Assembly: GCA_964587045.1 (NCBI GenBank)
Contig: CAZPJY010000008.1
Coordinates: 1 to 54,378, forward strand
Direction of reading: 5' to 3'
DNA: 54,378 nt
From: an uncultured Methanosarcinales archaeon
GTDB lineage: Archaea > Nanobdellota > Nanobdellia > Woesearchaeales > CAZPJY01
The notes below the pieces were generated by a model, which saw only the letters and a program-made list of their open reading frames with translations, did not search any database and had not been told where the DNA came from. Shown here in pieces: positions 28,507-39,081 of this stretch. A program made the translations under genes and the position numbers. Positions within the stretch are counted from its first letter, which is position 1. Every line of letters starts with the position of its first letter.

Positions 28507-29733
28507 CTATAAATCGCTGGCTGTCAGGAGCGTCAGCTTGGTTTCGGACGGCTTTACCTTGGAGTCCATGCTGACCAGGTACTTCAGCGAAGTGCGTTCG
28601 GCTGTCTTGCAAAGGTTCCTGTCGATGGAACCGTCGAATATCACCGCGAAGACACCGCTGGTCATTCCCTTGATGGTGGTCGGAAGCTCAGATACAGGGA
28701 CCTTGCCCAGGACGTTCATCTTGTCGTCGATGATGGTCGCACCCCTCGTTCCCACGAGGTTTTCGAGCATATCCTTGAACTTCACCTTCTGCTCCTCGCT
28801 GACCGGCGCTGCCCTCCTGTATGGCGGCTTGCTCGGAGGAGGACTCCTCTGCTGCTGCCGCGGCGGGTTTCTCTCTTCGTCCCTCCTGCCTCCGTTTGAC
28901 ACGCCCATGTCCAGCTTGACCTGCTCTGCCGCAACCTTGCTGCGCAGGGCCTTGTGGATCTCCTTTTTGGTTATCTCCTCGACCTCCTTTCCGTCAGGCG
29001 CTCGTGTGACAAAGTCGATTTCAGCCACCTGCATCAGCTCCTTGATGATCAGGTTGCCTCCGCGGTCGCCGTCTACGAACGCTGTGAGTATCTTCTGCTT
29101 GGAGAGCTCCTTGATGGTTTCTGGGACCGAAGTACCGTTGATTGCTATGCAGTTCTTGATGCCGTGCTTGAGCAGGTTCAGGACGTCGGCGCGGCCCTCA
29201 ACCACGATGACCTCATCTGACTCGTCGACAGCCGGACCTGCGGGCAGGCGCTCCTTGCCGTATTCAGTCACTTCCATGACCCTGACTGAGTAGGCCACCT
29301 CGTCTGCCAGCTCCTGGGAGTCTGGCAACACAGAATCAGTAAGCTGCTTGAGCAGCTCCTTTGCGCGGTCGATTACGAAGTTACGCTTCGAGATCCTCAC
29401 ATCTTCAATATTCTCCACCTTTATCTTGGCGTTGCAGGGCCCGATGCGTTGGATGATCTCAAGTGCAGCAGCGACGATCGAGGTCTCTGCCTTGTCAAGC
29501 GAGCTCGGGATGATGATTTCGCCCTTGGTCTTGCCGCCCCGGGTGTCGACATTGACCTCTATCCTGCCGATGCGGCCTGACCTCTGCAGCTCCCTGAGCT
29601 CAAGGTCAGAACCGAGCAGGCCTTCTGTCTGGCCGAAGATCGCCCCTATGACATCTGGGCGGTCGACTACCCCTTCGATTTGGATTGAAGCGTGAACTAT
29701 GTATTTGGCTGATACTGGGCTTATTTTTGCCAT
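28507..29733 (-). CDS. dnaG: Archaeal DnaG (TOPRIM primase-like, exosome-associated)
   Basis: [57 protein letters not shown] at 29741-29747. Confidence 0.96.
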   Translation of the reverse strand: MAKISPVSAKYIVHASIQIEGVVDRPDVIGAIFGQTEGLLGSDLELRELQRSGRIGRIEVNVDTRGGKTKGEIIIPSSLDKAETSIVAAALEIIQRIGPCNAKIKVENIEDVRISKRNFVIDRAKELLKQLTDSVLPDSQELADEVAYSVRVMEVTEYGKERLPAGPAVDESDEVIVVEGRADVLNLLKHGIKNCIAINGTSVPETIKELSKQKILTAFVDGDRGGNLIIKELMQVAEIDFVTRAPDGKEVEEITKKEIHKALRSKVAAEQVKLDMGVSNGGRRDEERNPPRQQQRSPPPSKPPYRRAAPVSEEQKVKFKDMLENLVGTRGATIIDDKMNVLGKVPVSELPTTIKGMTSGVFAVIFDGSIDRNLCKTAERTSLKYLVSMDSKVKPSETKLTLLTASDL

Positions 29734-29747
29734 TTATATTCCTCCTT

Positions 29748-30076
29748 ACTCAGAATAAGCTTAAGGCTCTCAATATCCCTCATACCCTGGCTGAACCCAA
29801 ACGGGATTAAAGCCCGAAATGACCTTATTTTAATGAAATAACAGTAAATGACCGTGATATTTATGAATATGCCTCAAAGCTTATTCGATTTGATGTTTAG
29901 TGATTATAATAGGGTTTGTTGCCCGAAACACTAACTCCCGAGTTCATAGCTTGACATCGTCGTTAGCTCCCGCGGGTACTCTCGTGACGGGCTGTTATAC
30001 GCGAGAGTGTCTCCGGTTCACGGCCAAAACAGACGTTTCAGCTCACAAAAGGACCCATTCGCGTATGGATTTTTGT
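29748..30076 (-). ncRNA. Candidate structured ncRNA / long 5' leader of dnaG
   Basis: No credible CDS; several stems (30045-30076; 29978-29984/30002-30008; 29897-29902/29929-29934; 29753-29767/29871-29886); begins about 23 nt after a TTTAAATA box. Confidence 0.55.
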
Positions 30077-30098
30077 ATATTAGGAAAGAGCTATCCGA

Positions 30099-30106
30099 TA
30101 TTTAAA
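30099..30106 (-). promoter_or_regulatory. TATA box for the putative dnaG leader transcript
   Basis: TTTAAATA on the minus strand, overlapping the epimerase stop codon. Confidence 0.55.
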
Positions 30107-31025
30107 CTTGTTGGTAACTCTGGACAGTCATCAGAAGGCCGCTCTCGAGCTCGTATTTCGGCTCCCATCCGAGGATTCTCTTGGCAAGATTGTTGTCCAG
30201 GCAGCTCCTCTGCAGTTCCCCAGGCCTCACATGGGCATAGACAGGTATCTTGTCATAACAGCCCGAGAAGGTGCCCTTCAGCCTCTCGAACACTTCGTTC
30301 ACGCTCGTTTCCACGCCGGTCCCGATATTGATGGAAAGCCCATCACCCCTCGCCATCGCCAGTACGTTGGCCCGCACGACATCATCCACAAAGACGAAAT
30401 CCCTGGTCTGGTCCCCGCTGCCGTATATGACCACCGGATCGTCCTTGAGCATGGCCTCGGTGAATATCGCGACAACTCCGGCCTCGCCTTTGGGGTCCTG
30501 CCTTGGCCCGTAGACATTTGAATACCGTAAAATCGTGTATGGGAGGCCCTTGACCTCCCCAAAAAACCTTATGTAATTCTCAGCGGCTAGCTTTGCTATG
30601 CCATAAGGTGCTGCCGGCAACTTCTTTGCATCCTCCCTCGCTGGGAGGTGGATGTTCTCCGCGTAGAGCGCCCCTCCTGTGCTTGCGAAAATGAATTTCT
30701 TGACCCCGAATGTGAGGGAGATGTCGAGAAGGTTGAGCGTTCCCATGATGTTGGTATCGGCGTCTAAGCCAGCATCCGACACTGATTTGCGAACATCGAT
30801 CTGGGCGGCGTGGTGGTCGACGACGTCTGGCTTGAAATCCATGAAGACAGCCCTGAGAGTGCCGCTTCTCACATCCAGATTATAGAACTCTGCTTTTGGG
30901 TTTACGTTCTCTTTCCTGCCCGAGCTCAGGTTGTCGGCAATCGCTACTGTGTGCCCGTGCTCGATCAGCCTGTCGACCAGGTTGCTGCCGATGAATCCGG
31001 CCCCGCCTGTTACCAGTACTCTCAT
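30102..31025 (-). CDS. NAD-dependent epimerase/dehydratase (UDP-glucose 4-epimerase-like)
   Basis: TGGAGFIG, HHAAQIDVR, YGIAK (YxxxK), RYSNVYGPRQ, QTRDFVFV. Confidence 0.92.
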   Translation of the reverse strand: MRVLVTGGAGFIGSNLVDRLIEHGHTVAIADNLSSGRKENVNPKAEFYNLDVRSGTLRAVFMDFKPDVVDHHAAQIDVRKSVSDAGLDADTNIMGTLNLLDISLTFGVKKFIFASTGGALYAENIHLPAREDAKKLPAAPYGIAKLAAENYIRFFGEVKGLPYTILRYSNVYGPRQDPKGEAGVVAIFTEAMLKDDPVVIYGSGDQTRDFVFVDDVVRANVLAMARGDGLSINIGTGVETSVNEVFERLKGTFSGCYDKIPVYAHVRPGELQRSCLDNNLAKRILGWEPKYELESGLLMTVQSYQQV

Positions 31026-31096
31026 CTTGCGAAGGGGTTATATCTGACTATTTTTATGCCTTGTCTTTTAATATAACTTATTCCCTCCCAAACCCG

Positions 31097-32050
31097 ATGA
31101 ACATAAAGGACATGTTGTTGGGGATAGCGATAGGAGACGCCTTCGGAACTGGGATAGAGTTCCAGGACAGGCAGTGGATACTGGACAACGTGGACTTCAC
31201 CCGCTACATCAACAAAAGGGAGGGCAAATACGCCCGCGGCTACACCTTGGGAGACTACAGCGACGATACCGAGATGACAGTAGCCCTTATGAAGGCCCTG
31301 ATGAGCGGGCGGGAGGTCACGCCCGAGCTCCTCGTCGCTGCCTGGAAGCAGGAATACGACGATGGTAGGATGATGAGAGGGGGTGTGCCCAGGGCAGGAC
31401 ACGGCTCGATCCGCTTGTACTTCGACGGGGAGGAGACCCTCGAAAACGTCCGGAAGTTCCAGCACAGCAGGAAGTACCCAGGCAATGCCCCGCCGATGAG
31501 GGCAGTGCCTATCGGCCTTATGGGGGATGGCCTTGTCCGCTGCGCCGCAGCCAACGCTGAAGCCACACACCCCCACCCAAAAGCCCTTGCTGCCAGCGCC
31601 ATTGTCGCCTACGCTGCGGAGTACGTGATGGTGAAGGAAGGAGACCCTTCCTGCATAATACCCTACTGCAGATCGAAGACCAGCACGATTGACGAGGAGA
31701 CTTACGAGTACCTTGGAAGGGTGGACAGCCTAGATGAATTCGACCTGGAGACGATCTGCGGACCGCAACCGGTGAAGGAAGGCGTGAATGGAGTCCCTGC
31801 CAGCTCGATGCACGTGGCCGGAGCGGCGCTCTACATCCTCTCGAGACGTGCAGACCCGTTCGAAGCCCTGAAGGAGTCCGTAAGATTCGGAGGGGACGTC
31901 GACACACTTGCCGCGATAACTGTCGGAATAGCAGCAGGCAGGCACGGCCTGCGCTCTTTGCCGGGCTTCCTACTCGAAGGGCTCAGGGAAAGGGATTATC
32001 TTGAGGAGATCGCTGAGCGGTTCGGCAACTGGCTCTCGACAACTTTATAA
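31097..32050 (+). CDS. ADP-ribosylglycohydrolase family protein
   Basis: GIAIGDAFG, YSDDTEM, GNAPPMR, TH, GGDVDT. Confidence 0.9.
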   Translation: MNIKDMLLGIAIGDAFGTGIEFQDRQWILDNVDFTRYINKREGKYARGYTLGDYSDDTEMTVALMKALMSGREVTPELLVAAWKQEYDDGRMMRGGVPRAGHGSIRLYFDGEETLENVRKFQHSRKYPGNAPPMRAVPIGLMGDGLVRCAAANAEATHPHPKALAASAIVAYAAEYVMVKEGDPSCIIPYCRSKTSTIDEETYEYLGRVDSLDEFDLETICGPQPVKEGVNGVPASSMHVAGAALYILSRRADPFEALKESVRFGGDVDTLAAITVGIAAGRHGLRSLPGFLLEGLRERDYLEEIAERFGNWLSTTL

Positions 32051-32073
32051 ATTCTCCTGGCTTATCATCTGCG

Positions 32074-32772
32074 ATGGCAAAGCGTTCGCTGGAGAAATTC
32101 AAGACGTACAAGAACGTCTTCGACAACCATACTCTCAGGGCTCTTTACAAGCTGGCGACGGAAGGCCATTTCGATGAGCTGGTCTCCCCGGTGACGTTGG
32201 GCAAGGAAGCAAACATCTTCGTAGCCGACAAAGGAGATAGCGAGGTGATCGTGAAGATATACCGTCTCGAGGTCGCGGATTTCACGAGGATGTACAGGTA
32301 CATCAGGGGCGACCCCAGGTTCATGGGGCTTGCGGGAAGCAGGCGCAAGGTCATCTTCGCCTGGTGCCAGCGCGAATTCCGAAACCTCCTGCTCATGAGG
32401 GAGCTGGGCGTCCCCGCACCGACCCCGATCGCATTCAAGGACAATGTTCTCGTGATGGAGATGATCGGCGAGCCAGCGCCCCTCGTCAAGTACGAGAAGC
32501 CCAGAGACGCTAAGGGTTTCTTCGATATATTGACCGATGCCATGCGCAGGATGCACAAGGGGCAGATAGTGCACGGCGACCTTTCCGAATTCAACATAAT
32601 AAACGACAAGGACAAACCAGTGCTCATCGACTTCTCCCATGGTACTCCGAAGGCGAGCCCGATATATGCGGAATTGCTGGAGCGCGACATAGCAAATGTC
32701 TCGAGATTCGCTTCCAAATGCGGAGTGGACCTCTCAGTCCAGTCGTTGCGGGCAAAAATCGGCTTACCATAA
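32074..32772 (+). CDS. rio1: RIO1-family atypical kinase
   Basis: GKEANIF, VKIYR, WCQREFRNL, HGDLSEFN, IDFS. Confidence 0.93.
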   Translation: MAKRSLEKFKTYKNVFDNHTLRALYKLATEGHFDELVSPVTLGKEANIFVADKGDSEVIVKIYRLEVADFTRMYRYIRGDPRFMGLAGSRRKVIFAWCQREFRNLLLMRELGVPAPTPIAFKDNVLVMEMIGEPAPLVKYEKPRDAKGFFDILTDAMRRMHKGQIVHGDLSEFNIINDKDKPVLIDFSHGTPKASPIYAELLERDIANVSRFASKCGVDLSVQSLRAKIGLP

Positions 32773-32804
32773 AGCTTATAATGTGGCCTTCCTTTTCACT
32801 TGAC

Positions 32805-33344
32805 ATGGATGAGTTTTTGTACCAGCTGAAAATCCCAAAGGAAAGGGTCGCAGTGCTGATCGGCAAGAACGGTGAGACCAAGAGGATGATAGAGGAGGCT
32901 ACCGGAATCGAGCTCGACATTGATTCCCATGAGGGCGATGTCAGGCTCGTCGGTGATGATGCTCTCACACTATACACCGCTCGTGAGATAGTGAAGGCGA
33001 TAGGCAGGGGTTTCAATCCCGACCTGGCGATGATGCTTCTCAAGCAGGATATGACCCTCGAGATAATCAATGTTGGTGATTTCGTCAAGAGCAAGGGTCA
33101 GCTGATGCGCCTGCGCGGCCGGGTAATCGGCACCGAAGGCAAGTCGCGCAAGACTGTCGAGGACCTCACCGAGACCAACATATCGGTCTACGGCAAGACC
33201 ATATCTATCCTGGGCTCTGTCGAGAGGGTCGAGCTTGCCCGCAGAGCTGTCGAGTCGCTCCTTTCAGGGAGCATGCACTCGAACGTGTACAAGATGCTCG
33301 AGAAGAGACGACGAGAGATGCGCATGAAGCAGATGGAAGAGTGA
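32805..33344 (+). CDS. KH-domain rRNA-processing protein (Dim2/Pno1/Krr1-like)
   Basis: [39 protein letters not shown]; follows rio1. Confidence 0.92.
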   Translation: MDEFLYQLKIPKERVAVLIGKNGETKRMIEEATGIELDIDSHEGDVRLVGDDALTLYTAREIVKAIGRGFNPDLAMMLLKQDMTLEIINVGDFVKSKGQLMRLRGRVIGTEGKSRKTVEDLTETNISVYGKTISILGSVERVELARRAVESLLSGSMHSNVYKMLEKRRREMRMKQMEE

Positions 33345-33349
33345 GGGTT

Positions 33350-35005
33350 ATGGCTGAGAACAAGGGAGCGACTGCTGAGGAGATGGCCACGAAGCAGAGG
33401 GAGATCTCCATTGCCGAGTTCTTCGAGAAGAACAGACACCTCCTCGGCTTTGACAACAAGAGAAAAGCGCTGCTTACGACTATCAAAGAGGGAGTGGACA
33501 ACTCTCTGGACGCTTGTGAAGAGGCTCAGATTCTGCCAGAGGTAAGCGTCGAGATAGTCGATATGAAGAACGACAGGTTCATGGTGGTAATAGAGGACAA
33601 CGGGCCTGGCATTGTCAAGGACCAGATACCAAAGATATTCGCTAAGCTCCTGTACGGCTCGAAGTTCCACACGCTGAAGCAGTCGAGAGGCCAGCAGGGC
33701 ATCGGTATTTCGGCGGCAGGCCTCTACGCCCAGCTTACCACCGGGAAGCCGGTCAGGATAACATCGAAGATAGGCGATGACAAGCCGGCGCACTACTACG
33801 AGCTCAGAATCAACACGCAGAAAAACGCCCCCGAAATTCTAAAGGATGACGTGATAGACTGGCCCCACGCCCACGGCACTCGCGTCGAGATGGACATCGA
33901 GGCATCCTACCAGAAAGGCAACCAGTCTGTAGACGAGTACCTGAAGGAGACGGCTATTGTCAACCCTCATGTGACTCTCATCTACACCAACCCGAAGGCA
34001 GAGCAGATAATCTTCCCGCGGGCGACCGACAAAATGCCCAAGATCCCGGCGGAGATCAAGCCTCACCCTTACGGCATGGAGCTGGGCATGCTCATCAAGA
34101 TGCTCAACGTCACGCAGTCGAGGACGCTCCAGTCCTTCCTCACGCAGGAGTTCTCCCGTGTAGGGGCGGGCACCGCGAAGCAGATATGCGAAGCGGCAGC
34201 TCTGCTTCCCAACACCAAGCCTTCGAAGATGTCAAGGGAGATGGCTGAGCGGCTGATGGAAGGCATAAAGAAGACTAAGCTCATCAGCCCTCCGACAGAC
34301 TGCATCTCGCCGCTTGGTGAGGATCTGCTCGAAAAGGGCCTCCGCAAGGAGATAAATGCCGAATACTACTGCTCTGTCACGCGGCCTCCTTCAGTGTACA
34401 GGGGCAACCCCTTCCAGATTGAAGCGGCGATTGCTTACGGCGGAGAGATGAAGGGTGATTCTCCAGTCACCCTCATGAGGTTTGCCAACCGCGTACCCCT
34501 CCTCTACCAGGCGGGTGCCTGCGCGATCACCGATTCTTTGACTAAGACCAACTGGCGCTCCTACGGCCTGCAGCAGAGCTCTGGATCCATGCCGATTGGG
34601 CCTGTCGTGATACTGGTCCACATGGTGAGTGTCTGGGTGCCGTTCACGTCGGAGGCAAAGGAGGCTATCGCCCACTACCCCGAGATAATCAAGGAGGTCA
34701 AGCTCGCGCTCCAGGAATGCGGAAGGAAGCTGCATTCCTACGTTGCCAAGAAGAAGCGTGTCAAGGATGAGTTCAAGAAGAGGAGCTACATCGAAAAATA
34801 CATCCCTCATGTCTCTGAAGCACTCAAGGATATACTGTCCCTGACCGCGGCAGATGACCAAAACATCCAGGACGCGCTAAGGGAGCTGCTCGAGAAGAAG
34901 AGGGGAAAAATCGATTCCATGGAGTTCGACCCCACCAAGAATGTGGATTATGATGAGGAGATGGCAAGGATAGGCAAGGAAGAGGGGGCTGATGAAGATG
35001 AATGA
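33350..35005 (+). CDS. top6B: DNA topoisomerase VI subunit B
   Basis: [41 protein letters not shown]. Confidence 0.97.
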   Translation: MAENKGATAEEMATKQREISIAEFFEKNRHLLGFDNKRKALLTTIKEGVDNSLDACEEAQILPEVSVEIVDMKNDRFMVVIEDNGPGIVKDQIPKIFAKLLYGSKFHTLKQSRGQQGIGISAAGLYAQLTTGKPVRITSKIGDDKPAHYYELRINTQKNAPEILKDDVIDWPHAHGTRVEMDIEASYQKGNQSVDEYLKETAIVNPHVTLIYTNPKAEQIIFPRATDKMPKIPAEIKPHPYGMELGMLIKMLNVTQSRTLQSFLTQEFSRVGAGTAKQICEAAALLPNTKPSKMSREMAERLMEGIKKTKLISPPTDCISPLGEDLLEKGLRKEINAEYYCSVTRPPSVYRGNPFQIEAAIAYGGEMKGDSPVTLMRFANRVPLLYQAGACAITDSLTKTNWRSYGLQQSSGSMPIGPVVILVHMVSVWVPFTSEAKEAIAHYPEIIKEVKLALQECGRKLHSYVAKKKRVKDEFKKRSYIEKYIPHVSEALKDILSLTAADDQNIQDALRELLEKKRGKIDSMEFDPTKNVDYDEEMARIGKEEGADEDE

Positions 35006-36083
35006 GGTCATCCAGAAGATAATCGCTGTCGCTTCCCGGATAAGGGACAGCATCAAGAGCAAGAGGCTTCCTACTGTCAGCATGCCTGTGCGCTCCCTGC
35101 AAAACGTGAAGTATGATGATGAGATTGGGTTCTTCGAGCTGAACGGCAAGATGAAGGAGAGGACCCTGACGGCATCGACGATTAAGACCTTCGCCCAGAC
35201 CCTGAGAATGATGTCGTTTTCCAAAGAGCTGATCGAGACCGATGACATGGCGACGAAGAGGGAGATGTACTACACCGCCTACAACTGGGAAGAGGCCCGG
35301 TTCAACTCCCAGCCAGAGTCAGATTCCGTGATGGATGACATTGAGGCCATGATGATGACCAACAGGGAGAAGATGGGCTTCATCGCAGGAGAGAAGGGAG
35401 GCGGACTGGTTGCGGGAGAGCTGATCGTCGTCGACAGGGACTTTGAGACCAAGGAATGGATAAGGATAGACTGCACCAAGTTCGGTTCAGGCGCCTACTC
35501 GATCCCAGCCATCGTAGACCATTTCGGTTTTGAGACCAAAGCCAAGTACATACTTGCCATCGAGACTGCGGGCGCCTTCGAGAGGCTCAACAAGCACAAG
35601 TATTGGAAGAAAACCAACTGCATCATCGTCGGCATGGGAGGGGTGCCGACACGCTCTACCAGGAGATTCATCAGGAAGCTCTCCGACGACTACCACCTCC
35701 CGGTCTATGTCTTCACAGATGGCGACCCTTACGGGTACTTCAACATCTACCGCACCCTGAAGGTCGGTTCCGGCAACGCTGCCCACATCAATGAGTTCTT
35801 CTGCGTTCCAAACGCTAAGTTCATAGGGGTAACACCGCAGGACATCATCGACTACAAGCTCCCCACTCACTCGCTCAAGGAAGTGGACATCAAGAGGGCG
35901 AAGGACGCAGTCAAGAACGATCCATTCGTCAAGGAGCACAAGGAGTGGCAGGAGGCTATCAAGCTGATGGTCAAGCTGGGCAAGAGGGTCGAGCAGCAGG
36001 CGTTCGCAAAATACGGCTTGAACTACGTGATGGACACCTACCTGCCGGAGAAACTCTCCGCCAAGAAGAAGTGGCTGCCCTAG
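34992..36083 (+). CDS. top6A: DNA topoisomerase VI subunit A
   Basis: TKREMYY catalytic Tyr, [20 protein letters not shown]. Confidence 0.97.
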   Translation: MKMNEVIQKIIAVASRIRDSIKSKRLPTVSMPVRSLQNVKYDDEIGFFELNGKMKERTLTASTIKTFAQTLRMMSFSKELIETDDMATKREMYYTAYNWEEARFNSQPESDSVMDDIEAMMMTNREKMGFIAGEKGGGLVAGELIVVDRDFETKEWIRIDCTKFGSGAYSIPAIVDHFGFETKAKYILAIETAGAFERLNKHKYWKKTNCIIVGMGGVPTRSTRRFIRKLSDDYHLPVYVFTDGDPYGYFNIYRTLKVGSGNAAHINEFFCVPNAKFIGVTPQDIIDYKLPTHSLKEVDIKRAKDAVKNDPFVKEHKEWQEAIKLMVKLGKRVEQQAFAKYGLNYVMDTYLPEKLSAKKKWLP

Positions 36084-36119
36084 GAAAGCTTTAAATAAAG
36101 CTTTTTTACCTCCCTTCCG

Positions 36120-36887
36120 ATGGGCGAGATATACTTCATGAGGCGGATAAACGAGCAGGAAGTCTACTTCGGGCTCCATGACATGGGCAGGTCGGCCTGG
36201 AGCGTGGACGTCGATTTCATGTGTTCTGAGGGTTACGAGCGCCTGAGGAAACAGGTCGGCAGGTGCCTGGATAAACAATCCCTGACCTCTAACTTTTCAT
36301 ATACCCAGGATGGGGAGTATCCATACAGCTTTAAGGTTGACATGCCTTCCCTTAATGGCCCGTTCGGCATCACGATTACCCCTCCCTCAAACAACTTTGA
36401 AGGATCTAGCTTCGGTTTCCAGTCATCTTTCCTCGCCACAGAAGAAGCTGTAAGGGATGTTGGGGAACACGATTCCCTATGTTCGATGGTCTATGTTTCT
36501 TACGGAACCATGCTCGGGATATTGGGCTCAAGCCACCGCATTCCACAGCATGAGTTCCCTTCGTCAGATGACATCGCGCGCGGGACCGCATATCTTTTCA
36601 AGCGGTACACCCGGGCGTACGGCAGCCAGGTCGACGCCATGCTGACCTATGCAAAGATTGACAAGCTACCCATCGAGCCTGCCTGGTCGATGATGCTTCG
36701 CAAGGCCAAGGCGTTCGCGTCGATTGGCGACCATTCTGCCATAATATACGCCGGTATCCTCGACGGGGAGCTGAACAGGATGTCTTGTGCGTACAACCAA
36801 AATAAGGATGACAAGCTGCTTGATGACATGATCAGCCTCAGGAAAGGTCTGGAAGAAATTTCTGAGAAGCTGGGTGGTTCCAAATGA
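36120..36887 (+). CDS. Hypothetical protein (255 aa), paralogous to the C-terminal part of the next ORF
   Basis: CTTTAAATA box upstream; shares sequence blocks with 36884-38080. Confidence 0.7.
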   Translation: MGEIYFMRRINEQEVYFGLHDMGRSAWSVDVDFMCSEGYERLRKQVGRCLDKQSLTSNFSYTQDGEYPYSFKVDMPSLNGPFGITITPPSNNFEGSSFGFQSSFLATEEAVRDVGEHDSLCSMVYVSYGTMLGILGSSHRIPQHEFPSSDDIARGTAYLFKRYTRAYGSQVDAMLTYAKIDKLPIEPAWSMMLRKAKAFASIGDHSAIIYAGILDGELNRMSCAYNQNKDDKLLDDMISLRKGLEEISEKLGGSK

Positions 36888-38080
36888 TTCCCAGCGGTGT
36901 CGCCGACGAATTCATTCATTCATACGACGAGGGCGGAAGCGAGATACAGACCCTTCTTAGGACATACGACTATGAGTGGAAGTTCGGCCTATTCTTTGAA
37001 AACGAAAGTGCCCTAATCAAGGAAGTGAAGCATAAGGGCAGGAAGGTTGATGCGTCAAATTTCGTCTGGAGTTTCAAGTTCTCCCCCGAACCTTATACCC
37101 TCCACATCGAAAAGGAAGGAGAGAGCTACAAGTATGCCTTCAACACTTTCACCTGCATTGATGATACTATCGAACCGGAAAACAACAAGGCAAACATCAT
37201 GCGTGATTACCAGCATTTCCTATCAAGGTTTTCCAATGAAGCATCCAAAGCCGGGCTGTTCCCTTCAATGCAGGGCCTGGACAGGGCCTTGGATTCCCTC
37301 GTCGAGAAATATCTGGCAAAGTGCGGCATCCGACTCTCTGGTCCCTCAGCCAATCCGGACGTGATCACCAAGGTGGACTCTGGGATCGAGGTGAGGATGA
37401 AACTCAACAGCCTCGGGGACAACTGGTCATTCGATGCTGAATTCCCTATCCAGCAAAGCTATCGGCTCTTCTGCAGTTTCATCGAGAAGAGGATGCCTAC
37501 CGCGAGACCAAGCGTTGACAAGAGGGTTGCTCACTATGAGTTTGAAGTGCCAGATGACCACCCTCCCCAGCCACATCCTCAACTTTGGGTTGTCGACGGC
37601 GAAAACCAGCGTAAACTGAGGTTCTCATCCCGCATTCTCGCTACAGAGAAGGCCATCATACAGGAAGGGACTATGGATAAGGATACCAGGTGGATGGTGA
37701 AGAGGGCAGCAAACGAGTACGCTTACCTCCTGAGCAGGATCACTTATTTCGGGTTCCCGAAATTCCCCAACCCCCACACCCTCCATGACGGCTTCACTGA
37801 GCTCGTCGAGAGCTATGCGAGACTGAAAACAGGAGGAGCTGACCTATTAAGCCAACCTACTTATGAGGACTTGGCTCTCTTGAAACTGGAGGAAACTCTA
37901 GCAATGGTAGGCGATGCAAATAGAACGCACGAGTTGGAAGAGAACGCCAAACAACTGCTGGGCTTCTTCAACAACCTTGGGCGGGGCGATTTCGAGAGCA
38001 ATCCGGAATCCATCGACGTTCGTGTCAAGCTGTGGGAAGGGCTACAGACCTTGAAAGAAAAACTGGGAGATAAGTTTTAA
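36884..38080 (+). CDS. Hypothetical protein (398 aa), probable duplicated domain
   Basis: ATGA overlap with the previous ORF; long clean ORF. Confidence 0.75.
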   Translation: MIPSGVADEFIHSYDEGGSEIQTLLRTYDYEWKFGLFFENESALIKEVKHKGRKVDASNFVWSFKFSPEPYTLHIEKEGESYKYAFNTFTCIDDTIEPENNKANIMRDYQHFLSRFSNEASKAGLFPSMQGLDRALDSLVEKYLAKCGIRLSGPSANPDVITKVDSGIEVRMKLNSLGDNWSFDAEFPIQQSYRLFCSFIEKRMPTARPSVDKRVAHYEFEVPDDHPPQPHPQLWVVDGENQRKLRFSSRILATEKAIIQEGTMDKDTRWMVKRAANEYAYLLSRITYFGFPKFPNPHTLHDGFTELVESYARLKTGGADLLSQPTYEDLALLKLEETLAMVGDANRTHELEENAKQLLGFFNNLGRGDFESNPESIDVRVKLWEGLQTLKEKLGDKF

Positions 38081-38105
38081 ATAGTCTCCTTCTACTCTCT
38101 TCGAC

Positions 38106-38180
38106 GGGCCCGTAGCACAGCCTGGATAATGCGCTGGCCTTCTAAGCCGGAGATCGGGGGTTCGAATCCCCCCGGGCCCA
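38106..38180 (+). tRNA. tRNA-Arg(TCT)
   Basis: GGGCCCG acceptor stem; CTGGC-CT-TCT-AA-GCCGG anticodon arm; GGGGG-TTCGAAT-CCCCC T arm; TTTTAAATA box upstream. Confidence 0.95.
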
Positions 38181-38325
38181 TTCAGATTGGCTTTACAAGT
38201 TATCGATCATTACATCCCTCCTAGGGATTTATCACCCATCTTGCTCCGAGAAAAATCTTTTTTTTACACAACATATAAAAATAGAACCCCTCCCCTCAGG
38301 CCCATAAAGAATGAGGTTGATACCA

Positions 38326-39021
38326 ATGAGATGGATTTTTACGATCGCTTTGATGCTGTTCCTAGTCGGATGCAGCACGGCTCCCTCTAATGTGATGGAG
38401 CAGGGGAGTATGACGAATGAGCCTTCTGTTGTGGATGAGCCTGCTGTTGTGGATGAGCCTCCTGACAGCGGTTTCACCGGTTTCAAGGAGATGATAGGGC
38501 TTACCCCGACGTACATGGTGAGCTATACATATACTGCTGCTGGAGAAAGCTCTACGATGACACAGTACTTTAAAGGTGGCAAAATGCGCGTCGACAGCAC
38601 AGCGGAAGGCGTATCCTCCCGTGTCTATATTATTGATGGCACCGCCACCACCTGCACAAACCAAGATGGTTGGATGTGCCTGGAAATGCCTGAGGCAGAA
38701 GGAACAGAAGACAACGGCCTTGCGAACATCCGCACTGATGTCGATTCCTATGAGGACTCAGTCACGTTTAAAGGGACGAGGAATCTCCTGGGAGAGACCA
38801 CGAACTGCTATGGCGTAACGATGCCAGGGACTGCATATACCTATTGCTTCACTGCTGAAGGGATCCCCTTGCTCATGGAGGGCAGCTCTCAAGGAGTGGA
38901 GTGGAGCTGGGTGGCGACTTCGTTTTCTAGGGATGTGGATGACTCAGCCTTCGACCTGCCCGCGCAGCCTCAGAGTCTGGAGTCGATGCTGCCGCCAGGC
39001 GTAGAGATGCCGCAGATATAG
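38326..39021 (+). CDS. Predicted lipoprotein, beta-rich
   Basis: Signal peptide with lipobox LVGC; GAGGTTGA RBS; KMRVDS and DDSAFDLP resemble LolA-like beta proteins. Confidence 0.7.
   Translation: MRWIFTIALMLFLVGCSTAPSNVMEQGSMTNEPSVVDEPAVVDEPPDSGFTGFKEMIGLTPTYMVSYTYTAAGESSTMTQYFKGGKMRVDSTAEGVSSRVYIIDGTATTCTNQDGWMCLEMPEAEGTEDNGLANIRTDVDSYEDSVTFKGTRNLLGETTNCYGVTMPGTAYTYCFTAEGIPLLMEGSSQGVEWSWVATSFSRDVDDSAFDLPAQPQSLESMLPPGVEMPQI
38417..38460 (+). repeat. 18-bp in-frame tandem repeat (about 2.5 copies) encoding a VVDEP linker
   Basis: ATGAGCCT-(T/G)CTGTTGTGG repeated with period 18. Confidence 0.8.
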
Positions 39022-39081
39022 CTATTTTTTTCTCTTTTTTGTAATTTACTACAGCGAGCTTGTTTGCCGGAAACTCTGTAG

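Noticed and set aside
28487..29293. Long antisense ORFs (also 35487-36278, 53453-54220, 22149-22838)
   Set aside because: Shadow frames opposite well-supported genes; no recognisable motifs
29910..29918. AAACCCTA, resembling a telomere template, within the candidate RNA
   Set aside because: Single 8-mer, expected by chance; no matching repeats or reverse transcriptase in the window
29748..30076. RNase P RNA or SRP RNA identity for the structured region
   Set aside because: No GAGGAAAGUCC-type P4 motif or SRP helix-8 motif seen on either strand; a covariance-model scan is still needed
29900..30331. 143-aa plus-strand ORF over the dnaG upstream region
   Set aside because: Ser/Arg-rich, no RBS, largely antisense to the epimerase gene
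2128..38180. Inverted similarity between 2128-2202 and 38106-38180
   Set aside because: Explained by two tRNA-Arg isoacceptors; no recombinase in the window
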